From Moniliella sp. 'wahieum' (Eukaryota): 64,000 nucleotides of DNA. The notes under the pieces are model-generated. The model did no database searches. It saw nothing but the letters and a program-made list of their open reading frames with translations, and had not been told where the DNA came from. The DNA lies in the NCBI GenBank assembly GCA_003971905.1, contig RSEE01000084.1, positions 124,001 to 188,000 on the forward strand, given 5' to 3'. Made by a program: the position numbers and the translations under genes. Each line of letters begins with the position of its first letter. The first letter of the stretch is position 1. Shown piece after piece: positions 49,618-62,686 of this stretch.

Positions 49618-50624
49618 CTATGCGGCGAGTTGAGAGAGGTATTTGGTTACAGTCACGGTGGCCGTCACGGTGGCGGTGGGCAAAGGGTGATCGAACGCCG
49701 GTGCGCTCGTAGGTGGTGTCATGGCCGTCGACGCATTGAACTCTGACCAGGACTCGTAGAGATAGAGCAGCCAAAGAGCAAAAACAGCCCTGCGCCTCCG
49801 AGTGTCACGTGGCGCACACTGATCCTCGCCGCTAGCCAGCTGCCCATGGTAACGGCTGCCATGGTGCAACGCAGTGTCCAGCAATGGTGCCGATCGAGAC
49901 GAGGATGACGTTGTGGGCGGCGGCGAGGGCAATGGTGGCGATCTGGCTGCGGTCCCCCCACTCGCCAAGGAAGGTGAGCACGAGTGCCTGGGCATAGGTC
50001 GGGCTCGACACGAGCGCCAACAGTGCGCGCACACGCCCGGTCAACGTAGGTGGCGCCCGTCGGGAAGGCGAAGCAGGACGAGAGACACGTGCCTGACCTT
50101 CCTCCAAATCGTGCATGCCTACCGCTTCGACCGAATCCGTGTCGAGCTCCCGCGCCGTCTCTTTCCATTCCTCGGCCAATTCCGATCCGTCCATCTCACG
50201 TGCCTCCCGCACCATCTTGAGCCCAAACACAAAGAACAGCAGCGAGGCCAGAAGTGTCGTAGCCGACTTGGGCAGCAGCGCAGGGAAGGCAGCACCCATC
50301 ACGGCCGACAGGATCGACATGAGTGCCAAGGCGGTGAAGGCGCCAGAAAAGACAACCCAGGGCGCACGGCGCATGGCGAGAATGGCGGCAATCAGAAAGG
50401 TCTTGTCGCCAATCTCGGAAAACTGGGGGGGGGGGGGTAGGTCAGGTCAGGCGGGAGGGAGCCCAGGGAAAGCGGCGGAGACGACGTACGATGATCATGA
50501 CAAAGCTGCTCCAGACGGCGCGTGGGTCGTTGGACCAGGTCTGGTCAAGGCGCGCGGCGAGGGAGACCCACTCGGCGCCATCGAGCGGGGAGGCTGCAGC
50601 CGGGGCGAGCGCAGCATCGGCCAT
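49618..50624 (-). CDS. GDT1: GDT1/TMEM165 (UPF0016) Ca2+/Mn2+ transporter
   Basis: Both family motifs are present: SEIGDKTF and GEWGDRSQ. Hydrophobic TM clusters; intron at about 50423-50489. Confidence 0.93.
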
Positions 50625-50920
50625 CGCTGCGGACGAGAAGGAGGCGGTGGTGGTGCCGCTGGGACGGCGTGGGCGGCGGTGAGCGACGGGTGAGCGGGAC
50701 AAACTCGAGCAACGAAACGAAACGAAACGTTGACGTTTGACTTTTGACTTTCCACGTCAGATGCAACTTTCAAATGCGCCGCTCTGCTCGCCCGCCGGCC
50801 GCCGTCCGCCGCGCCATTCCGCCCCGCCCCCATCTCGGCTTTCATGCGGGCCCGGCCGCACTCAGAGCCGAGCAGTGCAGCCCCGCAACCATCCAGCGCC
50901 TCTCCTTCCCCGCCTCCCCC

Positions 50921-53314
50921 ATGTCGTGGGTCCTCAGCTCCCTCGCTGGCTTCGTCCAGCGCCGGCGACGCGCCCTTTTCTTCACCACCAGTGTGGTGGG
51001 CGGCGTGTATGTGGTGGGCAAGTACGCGCTGGACCGGGTGCGCGATGCCCAGCAGCGTCTCGTCGCCGAGCGGCGCGACAAGGAGAACCTGCGCCGCCGT
51101 TTTGCCCAGAACCAGGACGACTGCACCTTTACTGCCTTGGCCCTGCTCCCCGCCCTGGCCGCCCAGATGTTGCGTCGCTCAACGTCGAGGCCATCACCTC
51201 GGCCTTGCAGCGCAAAAAGACTCGTCCCCCCGTCTCGGCCCCACAAAATGGCACCCTGCCCGCCGGCCAACAGCCTCCTCCTCCTCCCTCGCCGATCGCA
51301 AGGAGCCCCCCCCGGTGCTGTGACGGAGGAAGCGGCCACCCCTGCCGTGCCGCTTGCGGCACAGACTCCTGCCTCCGTCTCAGACGATGTCAAAGCCAAG
51401 GTAGATGACAGCACGGCCAAGGAGACGCCTGCACCGGCTGAGTCTGTTTCTGAAGAAAAAACGCCTTCCCCGGACAAGACGGTCCTGGATCCTCTTCCCG
51501 TAAAAGCTGCCGCAAAAGAACTCGTGGACGATGAAACGACAGCAGAGCCTGCTCTTCAGGAATCTGACCCTACCGCGCTATCCGCTGACCATTCCCCGGC
51601 CAACGAAACCGAGACGCATGTAACGAAGGATCCTGCTACTGAGGACGCGGAGGAGCGTAGTAAGGGAGGTCCGGTTCCGAAGGATCCCGTTTCCGATGAT
51701 GCTGAAACGAAGGAGTCGCTTGCCGAGGAGTCGGATCGGAAGGAGCCTACTACCGAGGATCAGGAAACGAAGCCGTTGGCTGCCGAAGATCTTGGTACCA
51801 AGGCATCGGATACCTCGGGCCCTGAAACGAAGAGGCCTGATGCACAAGAACCTTTGTTTACGGAGGTACCCACCGGTCCGGAAGCTTCTAGCGCCTCAGA
51901 GCCGACGTCCACCCTTCCCAATCATGAGGGCGGGGGACGCCCGTGGAAAGGGCCAACGGCCATACTGATTCTGAGGAGAAGACTTCCACCGAGCATGAAA
52001 AGACTCCAGAAGACACATCAAATGCCCCCGATCAAGGGGCCAGCGAAGTGCCGGTTGAATCTGACCCAGGGCTGGATGAAGAGGAGAAGGCGCGCGCTGA
52101 AGCTGCTGCCCGAGCAGAAGCTGAGGCGGAGCGGGAAGCAGCCGAAGCAGCCAAGCTTAAAGAACGACAAGAAACCCTCGCTCTTTGGAACGAATTGAAG
52201 GTGGTCTCGCTCAGTCAGGCGGTGACGAGGTGTATGGGATTGTGCTGCTGACGCTTCAGACCCATATCATGCTCAACTTGATTGGACGATACTCTTACCT
52301 CGCCTCGGTTGTGGCCATGGGCGAGAACCCCCCGCAGGATGCGGACGATATGGAGGACGAAGCGTTGCAAGCGGCGTTTGGAACAGCAGAGCGTCAGATG
52401 GCTCCTTCCGAGGAAGCATCGGTCGGCATTAACCCACACACGGAACGGATTTATCTTACTTTTTCCTGGTGGCTTCTCCATCGTGGTTGGCATCGCATGG
52501 CGGACCGGGTACGCACCGCGGTGGAAAGCACGTTTGGCCAACTCTCCATCATGAACCTCATGTCGTGGCATGAGTTTGACCGCATGCTCCGTTCGGTGCG
52601 AAGGAAAGTGGAGTACGATGTTCTGCCCCCGCTGGAGCAAGAGGCATATGCCTCTGGCCTATCCGCATGGGGGGAAGATTTGCACTCCTCCGCTCTGTCC
52701 GAGGTTTCAGGTACCACGCGCGCTCCCGCCGGCTCCTGGCCAAGAGGAGAACGTACGTTGTCTTCTGAGATGCGGGCGAGCAGTACACTAACCACTGGGG
52801 TGGGATGTAGGTTTCTCGATGTGCTCTTCCCAACCACTGTAGCGGAAGAGACGGAGGTGGTGACTGAGGTGCGGGTTACCCTTCTGCTGAAGCGGAGCGG
52901 GTGCTTCTCGCAGACCCGGCGTTGCACGCGCTGCTCAACGAGAGCAAGGATCTCGTAGAATCTCCCGACTTCCGATTGGTCCAGCGCTTGGCTCTTGACG
53001 CTGCCTTCACTGTCTTGCGCAACGGGACCCGGGGCACGTTCGGTCTTCCTCCGCTGACGGAGGAAGGGATGGAGCCGCCGCTCCCGCTCGACTCGAATCG
53101 CCGCTTCCATGAACTTACCCCCGAGGAAGAGAGCATGTTCTTCACCACGGGCGCAGGCAAGCGCGTCAAGCTCGCCAACCTTTTCCCCGTTGTGGCCAAG
53201 CTGAGCAAGCTTGCATTTCAGGGCACCCCCAACGAGTATGTGGAAGCCGTGACGGGGGTGAAAGAGCTGCGGGCGTTCAGCGCGGTCATCTACTCTTCCT
53301 GGCCCAAGGCCTAG
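50921..53314 (+). CDS. PEX3: Peroxin-3
   Basis: N-terminal basic patch plus TM, KENLRRRFAQNQDDCTFT, LWNELK, HIMLNLIGRYSYL, YLTFSWWLLHRGW, ESKDLVESPDF, NEYV...ELRAFSAVIYSSW. A long acidic low-complexity insert sits in the middle. Confidence 0.93.
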
Positions 53315-53373
53315 TCGTCTAGCCTACCCTTTCCTTACTCCCAAAACTGCCATGGCCAGAGATTCAGCCTGTT

Positions 53374-54919
53374 TTATCGATGATTCCCAGTAAAGTACTT
53401 GTTGATTGAAGCAATGGAGTCGACGTGAGTTGAAACGTCGAGCCGTTGAATTAGAAAAAGAGCAAGAGAAAAACAGAAACAGCTACTCTTCCCATTGGTG
53501 GCATAGATCTCCCTTCCCAACTCATGAACGCACTTGAGAAAGTACCGCAAGTCTTCTGGGTCCACACCGGGGGTGATCCCGTGCCCAAGATTAGCAATGT
53601 AAGCGCCCGAACCACCAAAGCCTCCGCGTTTGGCCCGCAGCATCTTGTCCACTTGGTCCCGGATCGCGTGTTTGCCCGCAAAGAGAACACTGGGATCCAA
53701 GTTGCCCTGGAGGGCAATCCGGTGACCACTGGTCGCTCTATCGAGAGCACATTCTCCTTACCGATGCCCGAGGGCACGCCGGCTGCTTGCTCCGAGACTG
53801 GCGTCCCACTTCCCGATGGTTTGTCCGATAAACGGGGGGAACCACCACGGTGCAAGACGCTGCGCGTTGCGCCTGCTACGGCCGACGCCGCCGTCCGACC
53901 CCGCGCGGCCGGTCCCAGCGTCGTGAGGTCCACAATGTTTCGTGCCACGCCCGGCTGCACCGTCCAATCGAGACTGAGCACGTCAAAGCCCGACTTGGCC
54001 ATTTCGGGCAACGAGTGGTTCCCGGCGCCCTTGGTGTAGAGGATCATGGGGATGGCCCGGCGCGACTCGAGCGAAAGCGCATCTTTCACCCCGGCCGCAA
54101 TGGCGCGGAGATAGGGGAGGCTAAACGTGCGGAAATCCGAGGGAGTCAGTGTACCGGCCCAAGAATCAAACACTTGCAGCACCTGCGCGCCCGCGCGCAC
54201 TTGTTCCACCAAAAAGTTGATGCAGACATCGGTGATTCGTTCCAGCAGCGCTTTGCTTTCTTCGGGGTGAGCCCAGATCCAGCGCTTGGCCAGGTCAAAT
54301 TCTTTCGCTCCACCGCCCTCGATCATGTACGTCATCAAGGTCCAGGGCGCGCCACACAACCCGATCAGCGGCACGCGGCCCTCGAGCTTTTTGCGCACCA
54401 AGGTGATCGTCTCCAGCACGTAGCCCAGTTCCTTGCGCACATCCACTTTTTTCCGCAGCCGCTCCATGTCGGCCGGAACCAGGAGCGGCTCGGGGAACAG
54501 AGGGCCTTTTCCCGGTACCATCTCCAATTCCATCCCCATTGCCTGAGGCACGACGAGAATGTCGGAAAAGATGATGGCGGCATCGAGCAGGTCGTGGTAC
54601 CGCCGCAAGGGCTGCAGCGTAATCTCGGCCGCCAACGAGGGGGTGCGGCAGCACTCGAAGAAATCATGGCGTTCCCGCAGCTCGCGAAACTCGGGCAGGT
54701 AGCGTCCGCCTGCCGCATCACCCACACAGGCGGCCGCTCTGTCCGCTCTCCACGGGCAGCACGGATGAGGAGATCGTTTTTGAGCTTGGGAAAGTCGGTC
54801 GGCCCGTCGTCGACCGAGAGCGGAGGCGGTTTCTCCTTTTTGGTGGTGAACGCGTTGAGCTGTTTGCGGAGCGCAGCCGACGTGGCGCCAATGGCGCCCT
54901 GCTTTTCCTTGGGCGGCAT
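53374..54919 (-). CDS. HEM12: Uroporphyrinogen decarboxylase
   Basis: FPKLKNDLLIRAARGE..PPVWVMRQAGRYLPEF, DAAIIFSDILVVP, GAPWTLMTYMIEGGG, QVFDSWAG, LDWT, LQGNLDP, YIANLGHGI. Exact stop uncertain because of indels. Confidence 0.96.
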
Positions 54920-56817
54920 GGCGGCGCAGAGAAGACCGAGGAACGCGAGGATGAGACGGGCGAGAGCAAGACAAGAGAAGGTGGTGAGAAGGGATAGGAG
55001 CAGGGGTGCGCCCCCTAAGTGGGCCTGCCTGGGCCTGCCAAGGCCGGTTGAAAGGGCGTGCTGCCGATCGGGAGAGACGGGTGATTACATCATCATCGAG
55101 CTGGGTGGCTGCCAACTGCGATGAGTGATGGCCCAGCCGTTTCTTGGCAGCGGTAGAAGCTCGTACGACGCGTCGCTTCTGTCTGTCAAGCTTCATGTGA
55201 AGCTTCATGTGACGGCCTACATTCGGTGATCCATCCACTCGTATCCACTCGCACCCACTCCCATCCACTCACACCCACTCGGATCTGCAGGCACCGAGAC
55301 TGGCCCTGGCCGGGCCCAGGCCACTTGACCCCAGACCGAACTCTCCCTACACAGCCACCACCACCGCCACCGCCATCGCACCTCCATAGTGGCCTGGTCG
55401 GCCGACCAGGCCTCGTACACACCCATCAAAAATATCCATCCCAATGCTGCGCCCCCACTCTGCCGACGCTGCGCACGCTGCCTCGTAGTCCATCTCGGGC
55501 AGAGAGCCTGGAGGGACAGATGCCGGCAAGGCAAGTGCGCAGCGATGCGTGTGTGCGTGTTGCGTGTGTGCCCGTGTGCTGAGTGTCAATGAGCGGATGC
55601 TAGCTTGTGTACTCTTCGGGCAAGCGGCCATTCACCTTGACCGCATACAATCCCGGCACGCGTTCTCTGGGAGGTGCATGTCAGTATGCGCTCGTGGCCG
55701 CCTTAGCGCAGACCGATCGGAGACGCACCAATATGCTGCCACTTGGCCACCCAGCTCTGCTCCGGGTTGGCCATGCAATCAGACCATCGTAGTTGGTGCG
55801 TGGTGTTCTCGCCCACCGTGTCCCAAGGCCCTGCAGGACAGGACCCTCGCAGTTGGGGCAGCCGCGCGCATGGTAGTCGCGGCCATCTGAACGAACTGGC
55901 AGCGCAGACACGCGCGCAGCTTGGGATCTCGCGTTGGTGGCCATGGCGTGGGCGGTGGGGTGGGCCAGGGCTGCGGGCCAGTGAGTGGCGTTGGGGAGAT
56001 GGGATGGGGGTGGGCTGGGGGGATGGGGAGGTGGGACGAGAGGCAGAAAACTGAAATGGCAAAAACAGTTCCGAGCACGTGACCTGGAAGGGGGTAATTC
56101 CGCGGTGGGTACATACCGCTTCTGCGGGCTGCAACGAAGGCATATATGGCTGCGGCTGTCGCTACAGGGGCGCTGCACTGGAAGCAGGAACAGATGACGT
56201 CACATCGGGTGGCGAGTGCTTGGCTCTGTGCGCGTTGGGCTGTAAGGCACCGAGATGTCCGCTGTCAGGGGGAGCGAGGAGCGGGCATGCGGGATGGGTG
56301 ATGCATGATGGGTTATGGGTGGGTTATGTGGATGCCCTGCAGCCTGGTGGATGGATGGATGGATGGATCTGCTTGCTGGGGGGGTGCGGAACCCCCAAGG
56401 CCCGAGGATGGATGACCGATGATTAATGATTAATGACCGGTGACCGATCGATGGCAGCGATCACCAGTCACCGATGCGTGGGGCGGCATCCACACAGGCA
56501 TCCGCCCGCTGTGGGCGATGGATGAGGCCGATGCGGCCGCTGATGGGTGCCGATGAGGCCGATGATTAAGGCCGATGCGGCCCGCCTGGCTGCCCCTCGC
56601 CCAACGACACACCAGCGCACGCACGTCCACGCAGCACTTGTGCTCCCTTGCACCCAGGTCGTGCCCCGCTGAGCCCCGCCCCCAACCGCCCCACACCCCC
56701 GCCTTCACCATCCACCCACTCCATCGCCCCCATCCCCGCCCCCCCGTCCGACCCCAGACCCAACCGCCCGACAGCACACCCACGCTGTCGTTGCCCCCAC
56801 ATCCCCCCCCCCCCCCA

Positions 56818-57791
56818 ATGAGCAGCTCGCCCTCCTTCACCACCATCCCCACCTCCCCCACCTCCCCCGAGGAGAGGCAGCCCCAAGTGCTCCCCGTCCT
56901 GTCCGCCGTCGAGGCTGCCAAGCGTGCCGCTGCCTATGCCGCTGTCGATGCCCAAATCCTGCCCCATCACCGCGCCATTGGCATCGGCAGTGGCTCTACC
57001 CGTGCCCTACGTCGTGGAGCGCATTCTCCAGCAGGGCCCCAGCGTCAACCGCCGCCGTATTTTTATTCCGACCGGCTTCCAGTCCAAGCGTCTCATCCTT
57101 GCTGCCGGTCTCTCCCTCTCCGACCCAGACGCTGTCACCCGCCTCGACGTGGACATTGACGGCGCAGACGAGTGCGACCACCAGCTGAATTGCATCAAGG
57201 GCGGCGGAGCGTGTCAGTTGCGAGAAAAAGTGCTGGCGGAAATGGCAGATACGTTTGTGGTCGTTGCGACAGCCGCAAGAACGCCGAGGTGCTCGGCACC
57301 AATTGGGTTCGCGGCGTACCAATCGAGGTGGTTCCGTTTGCCCTGAGCTTGGTCATGACCCAACTCGTCGCAGCAGGTTCTATTGAACCTACCCTGCGCA
57401 TGGCCAAGATGAAGGCTGGCCCTGTCGTGTCGGACAACGGGTACGTCCCTCCCCGCCGCTGCACCCGCGCCCCAACCTGTCTCTTACTCGTTTTTTTTTT
57501 TTTTTTCTGTTGATCGACTAACTTATTTACCAGCAACCTGATCATCGACGCCCCCTTCCCGCGGGAACGGATGGCCGAACCTGGCGCGCTGCTTCACCAA
57601 CTCAAAGCCATGACGGGTGTGGTGGAGTGGGGCTGTTTGTGGGTCATGCAAGGCAGCTACTTTGGCAGCGAAGACGGGACAGTGACCATCAAGTTGGCCA
57701 ATGGGACAGTCCATCGGGCATTCAAGTCAAGGTCGGCCAATTGCCCGACTTTCCAGATGCGCAGGCCTACGCTCCGCTTGCTCCTCTGTAG
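56818..57791 (+). CDS. RKI1: Ribose-5-phosphate isomerase A
   Basis: EAAKRAAA, IGIGSGST, IPTGFQS, DGADE..LNCIKGGGAC..REKV, VPIEVVP, KAGPVVSDNG|N. Intron at 57441-57533 (GTACGT...CTAAC...CAG). 3' end approximate. Confidence 0.95.
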
Positions 57792-58612
57792 CCTCTGTGC
57801 CGTGCCTGGTTCGGGTTCCGCGTCAAGTTCCAGATACGCGCATGCCCATTTGCCAGCTCCTCAGGCCTCAACCCCCCCCCCCCCACATTCACCCCCTGTC
57901 ATTCTCTCCGCCTCCAAGGTGTGCCCATGCGCTTTTCCTGTGCTCAGTCCAGCGCACCGGGCCACTTGCCCACGGGTTACTCTTGTGCCTGTCATTAATG
58001 TCATTGTCTTCTGTGTTGAATAATAATAGGCAGGCGGAAGGAACGGGAAAATAGACCAACGAGGTGGCTTGCTGGCCACGGCAGAGCGGAAAAGGCAAAG
58101 AGCTACCGGATAAGTCGGTCACGGGTCACGGGTATTCAAAAGCGAAGTTGCAAGCTTCATGTCAAGGCGGCCTGGTCTACTCGTCAGCGCGTCAGCAAGG
58201 TGAGCTTCAAGGTGCTGGCGCTTAAGCTTGAGCTGAGCTTGAGCTTGGGTCTGAGTTTGAATCGCATCTGTGGTAGGCGATCCCTGGGTACGGATCGTGA
58301 CCGATTAAAGGCTGTCAGACCGGTCGACATACTATCTGAGTAGCTGGCGGAAGGGTGTATGATGAGTATACTTGTGCAGAGGTCCGTGATGTCAAGGCGT
58401 GTGCGTGTAATGCATAATGTGTAATGGATGCCGCCCACCCTTCTCTCATGCGGGTGCTTGCTTCCTTCTTGCACAGTGTGGGGCTGGCACAGGAGCCAGC
58501 ACCTCCGAACGGTTCTGAACATCTTACCCCGCCTTCCACATACCCATCGGGTGAGTCTCAAAGGATCCCAATACAGGGTGGGGATAATTATTCGTTGAAA
58601 AATAGCAAAAAG

Positions 58613-58708
58613 TGACTTCGCCCGGGCTCGAACCGGGGACCTTATCCGTTAGCATGAGCCAGGAGCCAATGTTAAGGATACGTGATAAACCAACTACACC
58701 ACGATGCC
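58613..58708 (-). tRNA. tRNA-Val(AAC) with a ~21-nt canonical intron
   Basis: Reverse complement: GGCATCG TGGTGTAGTTGGTTTATCAC G TATCC TT AAC A [intron] C GGATA AGGTC CCCGG TTCGAGC CCGGG CGAAGTC A. A and B boxes present, stems pair (one A:A mismatch in the acceptor stem), and oligo-T terminators follow. Confidence 0.93.
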
Positions 58709-59336
58709 ATTGGGGAGAAATTGCTGCCCCGTTTCAGCAGACAAAACGGAGGGAAGTTATAAACGGTGCTACAGGGTTTCCTTGGTCCAGATGTTGTGTG
58801 TTGCCGCGATTTCCATCAATAACAATGTGGGGAGACCCACTGTGTCCAGGCACTGGCGCCGTTGTTGCCAGCAAGTACTGACGGGCTCTATTCACCAACA
58901 GGACTGGACTAGAGCCTACCCGCGCGCTGGTTGATTTCATGGAAATGGACTGTTGCTGCTGTGTTTTTTTGCGCGCTTCCGCCGAATCGCTGGCCCAGGT
59001 GCTGTTGCCCCTTGTGGACGTCGCCTATACCGTACGCCTTCCCCTGGGCCCCGCTGGGACGAGAGGCAGACTAGCAATGCACCCAGTCGTCGTCTCTTTT
59101 GCCGCCACGAAGAGTATTCATATGCGCTTCGTATATACGAAGGCACGGCGGGTGCAATGTTGCAATCGAGATGGGGCGGGTGGGTAGATGTTATCGATAT
59201 CGGATGGTGACGACATGACGTGCACACTGCCTCACTGCCTCCGCCCACCGTCACAGCAGGGCTGATTAACCTTTAATCAGCCCGTCGCTCCATCCACCAA
59301 CCGCCGCGCCCCCCCCCCCACCGCCCCCAGCCCACC

Positions 59337-61891
59337 ATGAGCGCCGTCCCGTCGTCCAGCACTTCCGCCTCCACGCCCACGCCCTCCTCCTCCTCCACGC
59401 CCACCCGCCCAGCACTCCCATCCCTCCCTCCTCCGCACCTCCGTCTGGCCCGCCCACCCTGGGCTCCCCTGCCTTGGCCACCGCCCCTGCCCCTGCCCAA
59501 CCGTCGACAGTCTCCCCCGGACGAGCCACGCCGACTCCCCATTCCGCACGTCCGTTATACAGCCGTTCCAACCCCCTCGGCTCCGTCGGCAGTCCGCGCC
59601 GCTGGCCGGGCTCGTCGCTTCGCCCGCAATCCGTCTCGGGGTTCAATGCGTCCGCTTCCCCCCCTGGCCCGTCGCGGGCCAGCTCAGCATCTAGCTTTGC
59701 CCCCTGGGACTTCCCCCCGTCCCCGTGCCACCCAGCGCGCTGCGCACTCGCGCCACTCGAGTCTGAGCATGGCACGAGCTGCCCCCAACCCACACCCGAA
59801 CACACACCTGCTGCCCCGGGCAGCGGGCCACCAAATTTGAAGAGACCAAGGCAGTGTCGTTTACGTGGGTGATCAGTGATGTGGCGCTGTTGCGGGACGA
59901 GGTAGAGCATTCTTCCGCCCCGGGGGCCGGGGTCGATGCGACGCCCTCCAGCTCGTCGTCTTCGCTCGAGTCAGAGGAGGAGGCGACGGCCGTCGGCGCT
60001 GTCGTCCGAGCACGATGCTGATGCATCACCCGATCTGTGTCGGCTGGAGCCGGGCGGAGCGAAGTCTGGTCCACCGAGCCCGTCTTTGGTGATGGACAGT
60101 GGAAGCTGGAGCTGGTGCGGCGTCAGACGGTCATCTCCGAGCCACGCGGGCACACACTCACAGTTCCATTCCCATCCCTGCGCCCGGGTTCATGAGCGCC
60201 AGCGCGTTCCGGCCCAAACGATCCCCCACCAAGCACCACAAGCGCAAGACAGTCACCACGCTGAGCGTCTACCTGACCAACTGCGACTTGGAAAAGCCTC
60301 TTCCTGCACTCAAGCGTAAGCCCTCCACCGTTCCCATCCCCTCCCGGCCCGTTGGTCCGGTGACAGCATCCATCATGGTGGGGTCCGGCCGCTGTCGGCG
60401 CTGCCCTCCCAAGCGGCGGGAGCGGCGTTCTCGATCCCTCGCCTTACCTGCACCAATCGTTTCACACCTTCACCTTTAGTCACGAGGCCGAGTACTTTGC
60501 CTGCCACGAAATCCCGCCGCTGTCGAAACTGTTGGAGCATCCCGACGTGCGACGCCAAGACGCTGTGGCACTCACCATCAATATCGTCACGGGTGCCGGT
60601 GCGGCGCCCGCGCCGGAGCATGGCCCGGCGCAGTGCTGTTCCCGCAACCCGACACGCGCTATGTCGCCAACCATTCTGGATGCGCTGGGCAGTCTGCTAG
60701 ATTGTCCGCGTTCGGGCGACGTGTGCATCCGCACGCGCGAGCGCGGTGTCGCCTACCTCCCCCTGGGATGGAGTGCACGACAAAGTGCGCGCTTACAGAC
60801 GAGGTCCGGCAGCGCGCCAAAGCGGCCGCCGAACCTTCCGAACCTTCCTACCCGGCGGACGAGACCGACACGGTGCCCCAGGAATGGTCCGCCCAGCTCC
60901 CTCTGCCCAAGGTGGAGGAGACTGTAGTTCTTCCCTATCCTCTTGGCAACGAACGCCCCCTGCTCCGATGGAGGGAGAAGCTGAAGCGGTACTGGTGGTG
61001 CGAGACCGTGTGATCTGGGCCCACAGCGCCATCCTCAAAGCTCGCTCCAAGTACTTTGCGACCATGTTGGACAGTGCATTTGCCGAAGGCGAAGGTGGCA
61101 GCCGTGGGGTGCACGAGCTGCATGTGGTGGATGCCGACTATGCGACCATGTACTGGCTTTTGCGCTACTTGTACGTCGAACACGTCGAGTTTACCCCTAC
61201 GGAAGAGGCCAAGGAGGCTTGTGGCAACGTGGATCACTGCCTGGCGCTAGGACCTGCGCTGGACGGGGCGCAAGGCAGCTTCCTGGTAGATTGGACCCCG
61301 GTTGAAGCACTGGAGTGGGTGAGCAAGTATACTGATGCCATGCCCTACGAGTGGGAAGTGTCTTCCCCTCCCACGGCGAGCGACCTGGATGGGCCATCGG
61401 AAGAGGAGTGCCGCTGGACGCCGGAGCCAGAGTGGGGCGGGTCAGCCTCGGTCATAGGAACCGGAAGGCAAGCGGACCCTCATGCCCATCCGTGTGCACC
61501 TCCTCTGCCGCCGCCCGCTTCGGCATTGACAATGTACCGCCTGGCGCATCGGTATGGGGAAGCGCGTTTGCTCTCCGCCGCCGAGCAACATGTACTGCAC
61601 CATCTTACGCCCAGCACAGCATTCCGCGTATTCTTGGCCACGCGCTTCTTTGCCTCGCTGCATGATGGGTTAAACGGTTTGTGTACGACAATTGGCCCGC
61701 TGTCGCCGAGTCGCGTGAGTTTGAACGGTGCTGTGACGAGGTGTCGCAGGGTGAGGTACGTGCTGCTCCCTCTGACCTTAACTTTTGGCTCGGCCAAACG
61801 AGAACTAACCCAGTCGTCGCAGTGGGGCCCCGACGCCGGACGGACCTTGCACTCGTTTATGAAGAGCCTGGTGAGTCCCGTGCACATGTAG
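59337..61891 (+). CDS. BTB/POZ domain protein (putative Cullin-3 adaptor)
   Basis: LGSLLDCPRSGDVCI, RVIWAHSAILKARSKYFATMLDSAFAEG, DADYATMYWLLRYLY, ASALTMYRLAHRY. Intron at about 61757-61822. The N-terminal part is low-complexity and frameshifted. Confidence 0.82.
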
Positions 61892-62686
61892 CACTCCACA
61901 CCCTATGGAAATTCGTTCAGGTGGACCGCTTGGTGTGCCAGCTCCACAAGGCCCAAGAAGTATGTGGCGTCACACAACAGAGGGTACGCGCATCTGGATA
62001 CCATCTTCTGGCATTGCATTTCTGTTTGGACAGATCTCGTTTTCCCTTCTCTCCTCCTTTTTGTTTTCCCCCTGAGACCATGGTTGGTTGGGTCTACCCC
62101 CATCATTCACCTTCATGACAGCGCTCTCCCATCCACCTCCGATGTCAGGGAAGGCGCTTCTGCTTTCCTCTGTTTTGTTTGTTCCTATGCCCTGATCATA
62201 TTCCTTCTGTTTTATACACGACTCTCCCATGTTTTTCTCGGTCTATGCGACATCATCATTATATACGTAGAAGAGCTCTGGTCTTCCTTCCTGATTTCTC
62301 CTTTTCCCTAGGCTCTATCATCGACCACCCCCCGTACCAGTGGCTATGAGATGGAACTATTGAGGCGAGCTCTGACAGCCTCAACTAGAGGTTTGCCCGA
62401 CTCCCCCAATCCCGATAAAAAGAACTGCATACAAACAACCACAGTTGCCACTTTTGATATATCGCTCACGAAACCAAGGATGTTTTGTCACAACTGCATG
62501 GTGGTACGCAGGACCTCCAAATTGTTGGAGGGTAGTGCTATAGGGTTCCCCTGCACGGCCCTCAGTTGTATATCAACGATGACGCCCGCCATAGCCGGTT
62601 GGAAGGATTGCGCTCGGGAAGGCTGTGCACCGGCCTGCTCGCTCCATCTCCATCCTCTCTCTCCTCTCTCTCCTCTCCTTCGGACG

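Noticed and set aside
53850..55124. 424-aa plus-strand ORF, and similar long antisense ORFs elsewhere
   Set aside because: Shadow ORFs of GC-rich genes on the opposite strand (here HEM12), with no protein-like motifs.
49618..57791. GDT1-PEX3-HEM12-RKI1 as a functional gene cluster
   Set aside because: Unrelated housekeeping functions; ordinary fungal gene neighbourhood with no biosynthetic core gene.
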